Positions 19,228 through 29,015 are shown, numbered from the stretch's first letter. The stretch is 64,000 bases of DNA from an uncultured Actinomycetes bacterium (GCA_963746155.1 CAVVAB010000012.1:364450-428449), one strand, 5' to 3'. Numbers and translations are program-made. Notes: generated from the sequence alone by a model not told the origin.

Positions 19228-20099
19228 TGGCGATCGTCGTCGACAGCGACACGCGACTCGTCGTCCAGGGCCTGACCGGGCGCGAGGGCCGTTTCCACGG
19301 CCTGCGGAACCGCGACTACGGGACGAGCGTCGTCGCGGGAGTGACCCCCGGCAAGGGCGGCCAGAACGTCGAGGGCGTCCCGGTGTTCAACACCGTCGCC
19401 GAGGCCGTGGCCGAAGCTGGCGCGAACACGACGATGGTCTTCGTGCCGGCGCCGTTCGCGGCCGACGCGATCTACGAGGCGGTCGACGCGGGCATCGAGA
19501 CCGTGATCTGCATCGCCGAGGGCCTTCCTGCCCACGACATGCTGCGGGTCTACAACCTCATCCGGCCGCGCGGGATCACGATGCTCGGCCCGAACTGCCC
19601 GGGCGCGCTTTCGCCGGGCAAGGCGAACGTCGGGATCATCCCGGCCGAGATCTTCCGCGAGGGCTCCGTGGGCGTCGTCTCTCGCTCGGGCACGTTGACC
19701 TACCAGATCGGGCACGAGCTCACGCAGCGCGGGCTCGGCAACTCGACGATCGTCGGCATCGGCGGCGACCCGGTCGTCGGCTCGTCGTTCATCGACATCC
19801 TCGAGCGCTTCGAGGCCGACGGCGAGACGGAGATGATCGTGCTCGTGGGCGAGATCGGCGGCGACGAGGAGGAGAAGGCGGCGGCGTTCATCGAGGCGAG
19901 TGTCTCCAAGCCCGTGATCGCCTACATCGCCGGCTTCACGGCGCCGCCCGGCAAGACGATGGGTCACGCGGGCGCGATCATCTCCGGCTCGTCGGGCACT
20001 GCTCAGGCGAAGAAGGACGCGCTCGAGGCGCGAGGCGTCAAGGTCGGCACGACGCCGACCGAGGTGGCCGACCTGGCCGCGTCTACCGCGGTCGGCTGA
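19227..20099 (+). CDS. sucD: succinyl-CoA ligase alpha subunit
   Basis: (V)[53 protein letters not shown] start at 19227 overlaps the preceding stop (TAGTG). Confidence 0.95.
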   Translation: MAIVVDSDTRLVVQGLTGREGRFHGLRNRDYGTSVVAGVTPGKGGQNVEGVPVFNTVAEAVAEAGANTTMVFVPAPFAADAIYEAVDAGIETVICIAEGLPAHDMLRVYNLIRPRGITMLGPNCPGALSPGKANVGIIPAEIFREGSVGVVSRSGTLTYQIGHELTQRGLGNSTIVGIGGDPVVGSSFIDILERFEADGETEMIVLVGEIGGDEEEKAAAFIEASVSKPVIAYIAGFTAPPGKTMGHAGAIISGSSGTAQAKKDALEARGVKVGTTPTEVADLAASTAVG

Positions 20100-20105
20100 C
20101 GGCCC

Positions 20106-21668
20106 TCAGCGGACCCTGATCGTCGCGCAGGCCGGAACGCTGTGGTTGCCGGCCGCGTCGGTGGCGCGGACGCAGAACCGGTACTTGCCGGCCTTCTTCG
20201 GCGCCCGCCAGAGCACCCAGTAGGGCACCGCGTCGCCGGTCGTCCGGAGCGGGCGCGTGAAGACCTTCAGCGTCTTCGACTTGCGCAGGACCGAGATCCG
20301 CTCCGTCGTCTGGCGGCGATCGTCCGAGACCTTGTAGCGGAGCTTCAGGAGGACTTTGCGCCGACCCTTGGCCGGGAAGGCATGCGCCTTCGGCGCCGTC
20401 GTATCGGGGATCGAAGCGGGCGGAGGCGGGGGAGGCGGGGGCGGTGGGGGCGGGGGAGGCGGCGGAACCGCGGCGGCCAGCGCGGCCGCGACGTCGATCC
20501 GGCCGTAGCCGTACTGCGTGTTCCAGGTGCAGCCGGCGCACGTGACGAACGGATCGGTGCTGTAGGTGACACCACCGATCTTGTCGGACGTCTTGGCGAG
20601 GATCTGGCGGATCGCCGCGGCGGAGATTCCGGGGTGCTCACCGACCAGGAGGGCCGCGAGCCCGGTCACGTAGGGCGAGGCCATCGACGTCCCGTCCAGG
20701 TCCTTGTAGGTGTTGGGCGGGTAGGTCGAGTCGATCCCTTCGCCCGGCGCCGAGACGAAGACGTTGGGCGCGCCGTAGTTCGAGAAGTAGGCCGCCTGGT
20801 CGCTGGAGTTCGTGGCCGCCACCCCGATCACTCCCGGGCAGGAGGCCGGGTAGGTCGGGATGGACGAGGCCGAGTTGCCGGCGGCCGCGACCACGACGAC
20901 GTGGTACGTGTTGATCGCGGTGGAGATTGCATTACACATCGTGTCCGAGTAGCCGGGTGCACCGAGGCTGAGGTTGATGACCTTTGCGCCGTGCTGGGCC
21001 GCCCAGAGGATCCCGTCGGCGACGTCGGGGTCGGTCGCGATGATCCCGTTGTCCGGGTCGTCCTGGAAGACCCCGACCGCGAGGATCGGCGACGAGTACG
21101 AAAGGCCCGCGATCCCTAGCCCGTTGTTCGCAGCACCAGCCGCGATCCCGGCGACGTGGGTCCCGTGTCCCGCGATGTCGGCAGGGTTGCCCGGGGCACA
21201 GCCGCCGACGCAGGTGGCTCCATTCGACGTCATGTTCGAGGTGAGGTCCTCGTGGCCCCCTGCGACCCCGGTGTCGACGATTCCCACGGTCGCGCCGGGG
21301 GCGGGGGTGAAGCTGCCGGGAAAGAGGTTCCAGCCGGCGAGCGCCGAGATCGCCGGGAGCGCCCACTGCAGGCCGAGCCGGGGATCGTTCGGCGAGCCGA
21401 GCGTGAACGTGCGCCGAAAGCGGTTCGGCTCGGCGTACCGGACATCTCGGCGGGCGTTGTACGCAGCCAGCGCCTCCGCCTGGGTCTGGCCCTGGGCGAT
21501 TCGAACGACCGCGACGTGTCCTCTCGTCTCACGGACGACGTCGTCTCCGAGCGCCGCGACCTTCGCGCGCGAGCCGGCCGGGTCGTCGAACCGGACCAGG
21601 ATCGTCTGCGCGGCAGAGGCCTGCGGCGTCATGACCAGCGCGGCAAGAAGAGCGAAGGCGAAGCGCAC
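20106..21668 (-). CDS. secreted S8 (subtilisin-like) serine protease with a 16-Pro linker and a C-terminal beta-rich domain
   Basis: Signal peptide MRFAFALLAALVMTPQASA. Catalytic triad contexts VGIVDTGV, GHGTHVAGIAAG, GTSMASPYVTG. (CCN)16 lies at 20418-20465. Confidence 0.9.
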   Translation of the reverse strand: MRFAFALLAALVMTPQASAAQTILVRFDDPAGSRAKVAALGDDVVRETRGHVAVVRIAQGQTQAEALAAYNARRDVRYAEPNRFRRTFTLGSPNDPRLGLQWALPAISALAGWNLFPGSFTPAPGATVGIVDTGVAGGHEDLTSNMTSNGATCVGGCAPGNPADIAGHGTHVAGIAAGAANNGLGIAGLSYSSPILAVGVFQDDPDNGIIATDPDVADGILWAAQHGAKVINLSLGAPGYSDTMCNAISTAINTYHVVVVAAAGNSASSIPTYPASCPGVIGVAATNSSDQAAYFSNYGAPNVFVSAPGEGIDSTYPPNTYKDLDGTSMASPYVTGLAALLVGEHPGISAAAIRQILAKTSDKIGGVTYSTDPFVTCAGCTWNTQYGYGRIDVAAALAAAVPPPPPPPPPPPPPPPPASIPDTTAPKAHAFPAKGRRKVLLKLRYKVSDDRRQTTERISVLRKSKTLKVFTRPLRTTGDAVPYWVLWRAPKKAGKYRFCVRATDAAGNHSVPACATIRVR

Positions 21669-21691
21669 CAGGGTCTATTTCGGCACGGGCC

Positions 21692-22804
21692 GTGGCCTCC
21701 TCTAGACTCGATCGCGTGACGATCTCTCTCGCGCGCGGGATCCCGGCCCCGGAGTGCCTTCCGGTCGAGGAGCTGGCCGACTGCGCCCGTGAGGCGATCC
21801 GGCGAGACGGGCACACGATCCTCTCGTACGGCAGCACGCTCGGCTACGAGCCGCTGCGGGAGTGGATCGCCGAGCGCCACGGAGTCGAGCCCGGCAGGGT
21901 GCTCGTCACCAACGGCTCGCTCCAGGCATTCCACTTCGTGCTCGCCCTGATCGGCGAGGGCCGGGTGATCGTGGAGCGGCCGACCTACGACCGGCCGCGC
22001 GCGATCATGCACGCCGAGGGACGCGATTTCTCCGCGGTCGGGATCGACGCGGAAGGGCTGGACCTCGACGAGCTCGAGCGAGTCTGCTCGGAAGGGAGCC
22101 CTCCCGCGCTCCTCTACACGATCCCGACGTTCCAGAACCCGAGCGGAGTGACGCTCTCCGAGGAGCGGCGCCGGCGGCTGGCGAGCTTCGCCCAGGAGCG
22201 GTCGCTGCCGGTGCTCGAGGACGATCCGTACGGCCTCGTCCGCTTCGAGGGCGAGCCGCTGCCGAGCCTGTTCGAGCTCGAGGGCGGGAACGTCGTCATG
22301 TACGGCTCCTCGTTCTCGAAGACGGTCGCGCCGGGGCTGCGCGTCGGCTACGCGATCGTGCCTCCGGAGCTGGCGTCGGAGCTCGTGCCGCTGGCGGCCT
22401 CGACCTACATCACGCCCGCGCTCGCGGCGCAGGCGACGCTGTACGAGTTCCTGCGTCGAGGTCTGTTCGAGGCGAACGTCGAGCGGGTCTGCGGTCTCCT
22501 ACGCGAGCGACGCGACGCGATGCTCGAGACTCTCGAGAGCGAGCTCGGCGGGCGGGCGACCTGGAGCCGCCCCGAAGGGGGCTACTTCCTCTGGCTCGAG
22601 CTCCCCGAGGAAGTCGACGCGGCCGAGTTGCTCGAGCGCTCGAGCGAAGCAGGCGTCACGTTCGTTCCCGGGGCGGACTTCGGCGGCGCGGCAAACACCG
22701 CCCGGCTTGCGTTCAGCTACGTCTCGCCGGACGAGATCGAAGAGGGCGTGCGCCTGCTCGGCGGGCTACTGGCGGCGTCGCCGGCGGCGGTAGAGCTGGG
22801 ATAG
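21692..22804 (+). CDS. PLP-dependent aminotransferase, class I/II fold
   Basis: ..GYEPLREWIAERHG..LLYTIPTFQNPSG..YGSSFSKTVAPGLRVGY (PLP-lysine context SFSK). The start may be the GTG at 21716. Confidence 0.85.
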   Translation: MASSRLDRVTISLARGIPAPECLPVEELADCAREAIRRDGHTILSYGSTLGYEPLREWIAERHGVEPGRVLVTNGSLQAFHFVLALIGEGRVIVERPTYDRPRAIMHAEGRDFSAVGIDAEGLDLDELERVCSEGSPPALLYTIPTFQNPSGVTLSEERRRRLASFAQERSLPVLEDDPYGLVRFEGEPLPSLFELEGGNVVMYGSSFSKTVAPGLRVGYAIVPPELASELVPLAASTYITPALAAQATLYEFLRRGLFEANVERVCGLLRERRDAMLETLESELGGRATWSRPEGGYFLWLELPEEVDAAELLERSSEAGVTFVPGADFGGAANTARLAFSYVSPDEIEEGVRLLGGLLAASPAAVELG

Positions 22805-23080
22805 CAGCACGCCGCCGAGGAGCCCGATCGCGAGACTGATCAGGATCACCCAGGTCAGCGAGATCTGGGTCTTGGCGAAGACGAAGTCGACGTCGACCTG
22901 CTCGTTGTTCTGGAGCACGAACGCGATCACGTACGCCAGGCCCGCGATCAGGAGCACGAGCTTGAAGTAGAGGCCCGACTCGCGGACGCGCTTCTCTTCG
23001 CGCTGTGGCTCTTGGGGCTGCTGCTCGAGGACGTGCTCGGGCGGTGCGTGCTCCTCGTCAGTGCCGTCGAGCTCGTGCAC
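22766..23080 (-). CDS. LapA/DUF1049-like small membrane protein
   Basis: Two TM helices, LVLLIAGLAYVIAFVLQN and WVILISLAIGLLGGVLL, followed by a basic tail RRRRRRQ. GTG start with a weak SD, so the N-terminus is uncertain. Confidence 0.55.
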   Translation of the reverse strand: MHELDGTDEEHAPPEHVLEQQPQEPQREEKRVRESGLYFKLVLLIAGLAYVIAFVLQNNEQVDVDFVFAKTQISLTWVILISLAIGLLGGVLLSQLYRRRRRRQ

Positions 23081-23397
23081 GGCCCTACCCTAAGCGACAG
23101 CCTGCAGCCGGACGCTCAGGCAGCCGCTTGGGAGTGGCCGGTGAGCGCCCGCGGAACCAGTCGAGGCTGGCGTGGCGGAACCAGTGAGCCGCGTGTGTGA
23201 AGCCTGAAGGTCGGGCAAGGCTCTTCGAGCGAGAGGGCGCACAGCGATGCCTGATGGAAGTAGCAATCCTTGCAGGTTGGTTTGGTCTTCTTGCTGATGT
23301 TCGTACCCGCTCCCTCTCAACCGCTCCCTAAGACAAGGCAGGACTATAGGCGTCCCGCGATCAGTTGCAAGACTTGCCTGTGGAGAAAACACTGCAA

Positions 23398-23425
23398 TTT
23401 CCGGCGGTTTCAGGAGCGCCGAAAA
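23398..23425 (-). terminator. hairpin 12 nt downstream of the PDZ/S16 protease gene stop
   Basis: The minus-sense RNA UUUUCGGCG-CUCCUGAAAC-CGCCGGAAA forms a 9-bp stem with one G-U pair. That pair would be a C-A mismatch in the plus sense. The stem is followed by UUGCAGUGUUUUCU. Confidence 0.4.
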
Positions 23426-23436
23426 CTGCCTGTTCT

Positions 23437-24480
23437 TCACGCTTTCGGGCCGAGAGTTGCCAGCGCGCGCAACGCCTGTGGAAGGTTTTCCACAGGGATG
23501 ATGCGGAGCCCGTCCGCGTAGCGTCTCGCCTCCCGCGCGTTGTCCCCGGCAGGCACAAGGAAGACGTCCACACCCGCCCGGCGAGCGCCGAGCGTCTTTT
23601 GCTTCACGCCGCCGATCGGGAGCACCTGGCCGTCGAGCGTGAGCTCTCCCGTCGCCGCGACCTTGTGCCCGTGGGTGACGTTGCGGCCGGCCTCCTGGAG
23701 GATGTCGAGCGCGAAGGCAAGCCCGGCGGAAGGGCCGCCGATCTCGCCCGTGTCGATCTTGATCGGGAACGGCAGCTTCACCTCGAGATCGTCCAGCGCC
23801 GTGACGCCGATGATCGCCCTCGTGGGGTCGTTGGGGTCAGCCGCCGTCGTGATCGTCGCCTCCCGGACCTTCCCGTCGCGTCGGTACCGGATGGTCACCG
23901 GGTCGCCGGGACGCTTCTTCTCGAGCAGCGCGCGCAGCTCGAGGATCGTCTTCACGGGCTTGCCGTTGACCGAGACGATCACGTCGCCCGGCTGGATCAC
24001 CTTCGCCGCCGGCGCGCCGTGCTCCACGACCAGCACCGTCACGCCCTGACTCTCGGCGCTCACCTTGTAGCCGAGCATCTTGAGCGCGACGTACGGCGCG
24101 ATCTTCTGCGAGTCGGACATCTCCTGCTGGCCCAGCCGCCGGTCGAGCGAGGTGCTGATGGGCGGCGCCGGGACGAGCGACGACCCGCTGGCGCGGGCCC
24201 ACGGGAGCAGCCGCTCGATGAGGCGCGCCGGCCGCTCGCGGACGTCGACGAAGTAGATCGGCCCCTTGCCACGGGACGGACGCTCCCCCTTGAAGCTGAC
24301 GACCGGCGCGACCGGGTGAGCAGGGTCGACGAGCTGCAGCTGGTACCCGTCCGCGGGCGCGATCCAGAGCGCGAGCACGGCCACGACGATCAGGAGCAGA
24401 CCTACCGCTGCGATCCGCGACGGCGAGAACCACTTCGACCGTGCTGATGGCGTGGGCGTTTCCGGCTCGGCGCCGGTCAA
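23437..24480 (-). CDS. PDZ domain plus Lon-like S16 peptidase domain protein (YlbL/SdrC-like)
   Basis: N-terminal TM. PDZ: GDVIVSVNGKPV. S16 core: IGGPSAGLAFALDI..KVAATGELTLDGQVLPIGGVKQK. Confidence 0.85.
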   Translation of the reverse strand: MTGAEPETPTPSARSKWFSPSRIAAVGLLLIVVAVLALWIAPADGYQLQLVDPAHPVAPVVSFKGERPSRGKGPIYFVDVRERPARLIERLLPWARASGSSLVPAPPISTSLDRRLGQQEMSDSQKIAPYVALKMLGYKVSAESQGVTVLVVEHGAPAAKVIQPGDVIVSVNGKPVKTILELRALLEKKRPGDPVTIRYRRDGKVREATITTAADPNDPTRAIIGVTALDDLEVKLPFPIKIDTGEIGGPSAGLAFALDILQEAGRNVTHGHKVAATGELTLDGQVLPIGGVKQKTLGARRAGVDVFLVPAGDNAREARRYADGLRIIPVENLPQALRALATLGPKA

Positions 24481-25220
24481 AGGAGGCCTCGGGTCAAGCC
24501 GCCGTCCACGGGGATCACGGTACCCGTGACGTAGCTGGCGGCGTCCGAGGCGAGGAAGCAGGCGACCTGAGCGACCTCTTTCGGCGCTCCGAAGCGGCCG
24601 AGGGCAATCTGCGCGAAGTCTTCCGTCCGGGGCTTGCCCGCGAACGCCTCGGCGAGGCGCTCGGTCTCGATTCGCCCGGGCGCGATCGAGTTGACCGTGA
24701 TCTTCTTCGGGCCGACCTCGCGTGCAAGCGTCTTGGCCCAGCCGATCACGCCGGGGCGGACCGCGTTCGAGAGGGCGAGGCCGTCGATCGGCTCGCGCAC
24801 CGAGCTGGAGGCGATGTTGATCACGCGCCCGCGCCCGCTGCGCTCGAGCTGTGGAAGGCAGAGGGCGGTCAGCCGGATCGCGGACAGGAGGAGGAGCTCG
24901 ACGGTCTGTTCAATCTGCTCGTCGGTCAGGCCGATCGCGGGCGTGCGCGGCGGTCCGCCGCTGTTGTTGACGAGGATGTCGAGCCCGCCGAATGCTTCCA
25001 GCGTGCGCTCCACGAGACGGCTGAGGTCGGCGGGATTCGTGACGTCTCCGCGGACGGCAAGCGCGCCGAGTCGCTCGGCCTCGCGCTCGAGCAGTTCGCG
25101 GCGCCGCGCGAACATCGCGACGTTGACGCCCTCGGCTGCGAAGGCCTCCGCGATCGCGAGCCCCATGCCCGCGGACGCGCCGCACACGATCGCCGTGCGG
25201 CCTTCTAGCCCGAGCTCCAC
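24477..25220 (-). CDS. SDR family oxidoreductase (FabG-like)
   Basis: TAIVCGASAGMG cofactor motif, NNSG, Ser..Y-less variant region, 247 aa. 4-nt overlap with the downstream gene. GTG start. Confidence 0.85.
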   Translation of the reverse strand: MELGLEGRTAIVCGASAGMGLAIAEAFAAEGVNVAMFARRRELLEREAERLGALAVRGDVTNPADLSRLVERTLEAFGGLDILVNNSGGPPRTPAIGLTDEQIEQTVELLLLSAIRLTALCLPQLERSGRGRVINIASSSVREPIDGLALSNAVRPGVIGWAKTLAREVGPKKITVNSIAPGRIETERLAEAFAGKPRTEDFAQIALGRFGAPKEVAQVACFLASDAASYVTGTVIPVDGGLTRGLL

Positions 25221-25379
25221 GCCCGCCTCACCGTGCCCGCCGCCCGTAAAGGGTTCACGCGCGCGTCCCCACCCGGGTGGGGATGAAGGTCCACCCGCCG
25301 CCCGCTGAGAGCGTATCGCCGGGTCTGTGCCGTGTCTGCGCCTGCGGTGTGAAGGATTCGTGCCGATTCGTCCACGGCG

Positions 25380-26314
25380 CTACCCCGTGCTGCCGAGCAC
25401 GCCGACGACCTCGCTCACCGCGGCGGCCGACGTCTCGAACGCGGAGCGCTCGTCGTCGCTCAGGTCGAGCTCCACGATCTGCTCGATGCCGGCGGCGCCG
25501 AGCTTCACGGGCACGCCCATGTAGAGGCCGTCGACCCCGTACTCGCCCTCGAGGTAGGCCGTGCACGGAAGCACGCGGTGCTCGTCCAGCATCACCGCGT
25601 CGACCATCTGCGCGGCGGCCGCGCCGGGCGCGTACCAGGCCGAGGTGCCGAGCAGCTCGACGATCTCGCCGCCGCCCTTGGCGGTGCGCTCGACCATCGC
25701 CGCGATCCGCTCCTCGGAGACGAGCTTTCGAAGGGGAATCCCGCCGACAGTGGTCGCCGAGACGACCGGAACCATCTGGTCGCCGTGCCCGCCGAGCACC
25801 ATCGCGGTCACGTCCTTCACCGACGATCCCGTCTCCCAGGCGATGAAGGTCGAGAAGCGGGCGGTATCGAGGATCCCGGCCATGCCGAAAACGCGCTCCT
25901 TGGGCCATCCGGAGACGTTCTTGGCGACGTGGCACATCGCATCGAGCGGGTTGGAGACGACGATCAGCACGGCGTCGGGCGACTTCGCTACGACCTGCTC
26001 GGCTCACCGAGCCGACGATCTTCTCGTTGGTCGTGACGAGGTCGTCGCGGCTCATGCCGGGCTTTGCGCGGGACTCCGGCCGTGATCACGACGACGTCCG
26101 AGCCGGCGCTCTCCTCGTAGCCGTTGGCTCCGACGATGTTCGGCTCGTACCCGAGGACGGCGCCCATCTGGTTCGCGTCGAGCGCCTTGCCCTGGGGCAG
26201 GTTCTCGACGATGTCGACGAGGACGACGTCTGCGTAGTCGCGGGTCGCGAGCACCTGCGCGCACGTGGCGCCCACGTTCCCGGCTCCGACGACCGTCACC
26301 TTCCTGCGGCTCAT
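25380..26314 (-). pseudogene. mdh: malate dehydrogenase (LDH-like family), two frame breaks near 26060 and 26005
   Basis: [29 protein letters not shown], then [19 protein letters not shown], then [32 protein letters not shown].. in three successive frames. The junctions cgcAAAgcc and agCCgag look like duplicated bases. Confidence 0.85.
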
Positions 26315-27429
26315 ACGCGCGCTCCCATGGCGTCGATGATGGCGTCCGCGACTTCGCTCGTGCCGACGGCGGTCGGGTCGTCGCGGGTCGGCTTCATGTC
26401 GTACGTCACGCTCTTGCCCTCGCCGATCACGCCTGCGATCGCCGCCTCGAGCCGGTCGGCGGCGTCACGCTCGTCCAGGTGACGGAGCATCAGCATCCCG
26501 GAGAGCATCATCGCCATCGGGTTGACGCGGTTCTGGCCCGCGTACTTCGGCGCCGAGCCGTGGGTTGGCTCGAAGACCGCTGCGCGCGCGCCGAAGTTCG
26601 CGCCCGGCGCGAGCCCGAGCCCGCCGATCAGCCCGGCGGCGAGGTCGGAGACGATGTCCCCGTAGAGGTTCGGCAGCAGCAGCACGTCGTACTCCTCGGG
26701 CCGCTGGACGAGCTGCATGCAGAGGTTGTCCACGATCCGATCCTCGAACTCGAGGTCGGAGTTCTCCGCTGCGACCTCGCGGGCGACTCGCAGGAAGAGG
26801 CCGTCCGAGAACTTCATGATGTTCGCCTTGTGCACCGCGGTCACCTTGCGACGGCCGTTTCGCCGCGCGTGGTCGAAGGCGAACTCGGCGATCCGGCGCG
26901 TGCCCTCGACCGAGATCGGCTTGATCGAGATCCCGGACCGAGCCGGCAGCATGCCGCCGTGCGCCTCGACCCACCCGGCCAGCTCGAGCGCGTCCGCGGA
27001 CCCCTCCTCGTACTCGATGCCGGCGTAGAGATCCTCGGTCGCTTCCCGGACGATGATCAGGTCGACGTCCTCGTAACGCGACCGCACGCCCGGGTAGCTC
27101 TTGCACGGCCGCACCTGCCCGTAGAGGTCGAGAGACTTGCGCAGGGTCACGTTGACCGAGCGGAAGCCCTCGCCGACGGGTGTCGTGATCGGGCCCTTGA
27201 GCGCGATCCCCGTGCGGATGATCGAGTCGAGCACGTGGTCGGGCAGCGGGTTCCCGCCGTACCGGTCCATCACGTCGGCGCCGGCGTCCTGGACGTCCCA
27301 GTCGAACTCGACACCCGTCGCCTCGAGCACCCGGCGCGTCGCCTCGGTCAGCTCGGGCCCGGTGCCGTCGCCGGGGATCAGCGTCACCTCATGCGCCACG
27401 GCGCGTGACTCTAGCTGAGGCCTATACAT
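26311..27429 (-). CDS. icd: isocitrate dehydrogenase (isocitrate/isopropylmalate dehydrogenase family, NAD-type architecture)
   Basis: [53 protein letters not shown]. The likely true start is the in-frame GTG at 27397-27399 (362 aa). Confidence 0.9.
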   Translation of the reverse strand: MYRPQLESRAVAHEVTLIPGDGTGPELTEATRRVLEATGVEFDWDVQDAGADVMDRYGGNPLPDHVLDSIIRTGIALKGPITTPVGEGFRSVNVTLRKSLDLYGQVRPCKSYPGVRSRYEDVDLIIVREATEDLYAGIEYEEGSADALELAGWVEAHGGMLPARSGISIKPISVEGTRRIAEFAFDHARRNGRRKVTAVHKANIMKFSDGLFLRVAREVAAENSDLEFEDRIVDNLCMQLVQRPEEYDVLLLPNLYGDIVSDLAAGLIGGLGLAPGANFGARAAVFEPTHGSAPKYAGQNRVNPMAMMLSGMLMLRHLDERDAADRLEAAIAGVIGEGKSVTYDMKPTRDDPTAVGTSEVADAIIDAMGARV

Positions 27430-28521
27430 TTCCCGCCGTGAACGATTTCAAGCCTGGGCTCGAGGGTGTCGTCGCCGTCCAGACGGAGATCGCCGAGCCG
27501 GACCGCGAGGGCGGCTCGCTCCGCTACCGCGGCGTCGACATCGAGGAGCTCGTCGGCGAGGTCCCGTACGAGAAGGTCTGGGGCCTCCTGGTCGACGACG
27601 ACATCAACTCGGCCATGCCCGATCCGGATCCGTACGAGCCCGCGGCGCTCACGGGGAACGCGCCCTCCGACCTCCAGGCGGAGACGGCGCGGCTCTCGGG
27701 CGTCTGGAAGCTCGGCAAGCTGAACGAGATCTCCGACGAGCAGGCGCGCGAGGACCTCGGCCGCCTCTCGGCGCAGATGATGTCGATCGTCGCCCGCTCG
27801 GCCCGCGTCGCGGACGGTCACGCGGACCCGGTGCCGGACGACGTCGTCGCGCAGGGGCAGACGGCCGCCGAGAAGTTCCTGCTCCGCTGGCGCGGCGAGG
27901 CCGATCCTCGGCACGCGACCGCGATCGACACCTACTGGATCTGCACCGCCGAGCACGGCCTCAACGCCTCCACGTTCACGGCGCGGATCGTCGCCTCCAC
28001 CGGCGCCGACTGCGGCGCGTCCCTCTCGTCGGCCGTCGGCGCGCTCTCGGGGCCGCTGCACGGCGGGGCTCCCGCCTACGTGATGCCGATGCTCGAGGAG
28101 GTCGCGGCATCCGGCGACGCGGAGAAGTACGTCAACGACCTGCTCGAGGGCGGCGGGAGGATCATGGGCTTCGGCCATCGCGTCTACCGCGCCGAGGACC
28201 CGCGCTCGCGGATCCTCAAGCGGACGGCGAAGGAGCTCGGCTCGCCGCACGTCGACACTGCCGAGGAGCTCGAGCGAGTCGCGCATCGAGGCGCTGCAGA
28301 AGCGTCATCCCGAGCGCGTGCTGGCGACGAACGTCGAGTACTACTCGGCGGTCGTGCTCGACATCGCCGAGATCCCGCCGGAGCTGGCGCCGGCGATGTT
28401 CGCGTGCTCGCGCGTCGCCGGCTGGTCTGCGCACATCCTCGAGCAGAAGCGCACTGGCCGGCTCTTCCGGCCGTCCGCCGAATACGTCGGTCCCGCGGAA
28501 CGATCGCTCGCATCGGTGTGA
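27405..28521 (+). pseudogene. gltA: citrate synthase, frame break near 28285
   Basis: ..LRYRGVDIEEL..TAEHGLNASTF..GALSGPLHGGA..GFGHRVYRAEDPR.. (ORF 27405). Continues as IEALQKRHPERVLATNVEYYSAVVLD..SRVAGWSAHILEQ.. in ORF 28318-28521. Alternative start GTG at 27438. Confidence 0.85.
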
Positions 28522-29015
28522 CGCTCGCCGAAGCAGCCGCGATCGCGGACGAGCTGGCGAAGCAGGGCAAGGAGCGGGAGCTCGCCGACCTGCGCAGAGA
28601 CTGGGACGAGGAGCTCGAGCTCGCTGCGCGCTCCCAGGACTACCGGGAGCGGGTGGTCGCCTACCGCGCGATCGGCCAGCTTCGCTTTCGTCAGAAGAGC
28701 GAGCTCCTGAGGCGCGGCCTCGAGGACGAGAGCCCCGCTTGCCGCGGCTCGGCGCTGCTCTCGCTGGAGCTCCTCTCGCGCGATGCGCCGCGCGAGATCA
28801 ACGCCGTCCGGCCGCTCCTGCACACGCTCGCGAACGCCGACGACAACGCGGCCGTCCGCCGCCTCGCCATCCTTTGCCTGCGAAACGGATCGCCGCAGCG
28901 AGACACGATCGTCCTGCTCCAGGGAATCGCCGAGGAGGAGGGTCTGGAACGCGACCTGCGCGAGACCGCCTCGAAAGTGGCCACCGAGCTCCAGAAGCGC
29001 GCGAACGTCCGCTAG
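28518..29015 (+). CDS. HEAT/armadillo-like repeat protein (hypothetical), translationally coupled to citrate synthase
   Basis: The GTG at 28518 overlaps the gltA TGA (GTGTGA). Sequence ..[48 protein letters not shown].., about 165 aa of alpha-helical repeats. Confidence 0.55.
   Translation: MTLAEAAAIADELAKQGKERELADLRRDWDEELELAARSQDYRERVVAYRAIGQLRFRQKSELLRRGLEDESPACRGSALLSLELLSRDAPREINAVRPLLHTLANADDNAAVRRLAILCLRNGSPQRDTIVLLQGIAEEEGLERDLRETASKVATELQKRANVR

Noticed and set aside
23081-23436. Identity of the low-GC island as RNase P RNA, tmRNA, 6S RNA or a cobalamin riboswitch
   Set aside because: I could not find the P4 elements (GAGGAAAGTCCGG / ACAGAACCCGGCTTA), a tRNA-like 3' end with TTCGA loop and a resume codon/tag ORF, or a B12 box on either strand. 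The identity remains open.
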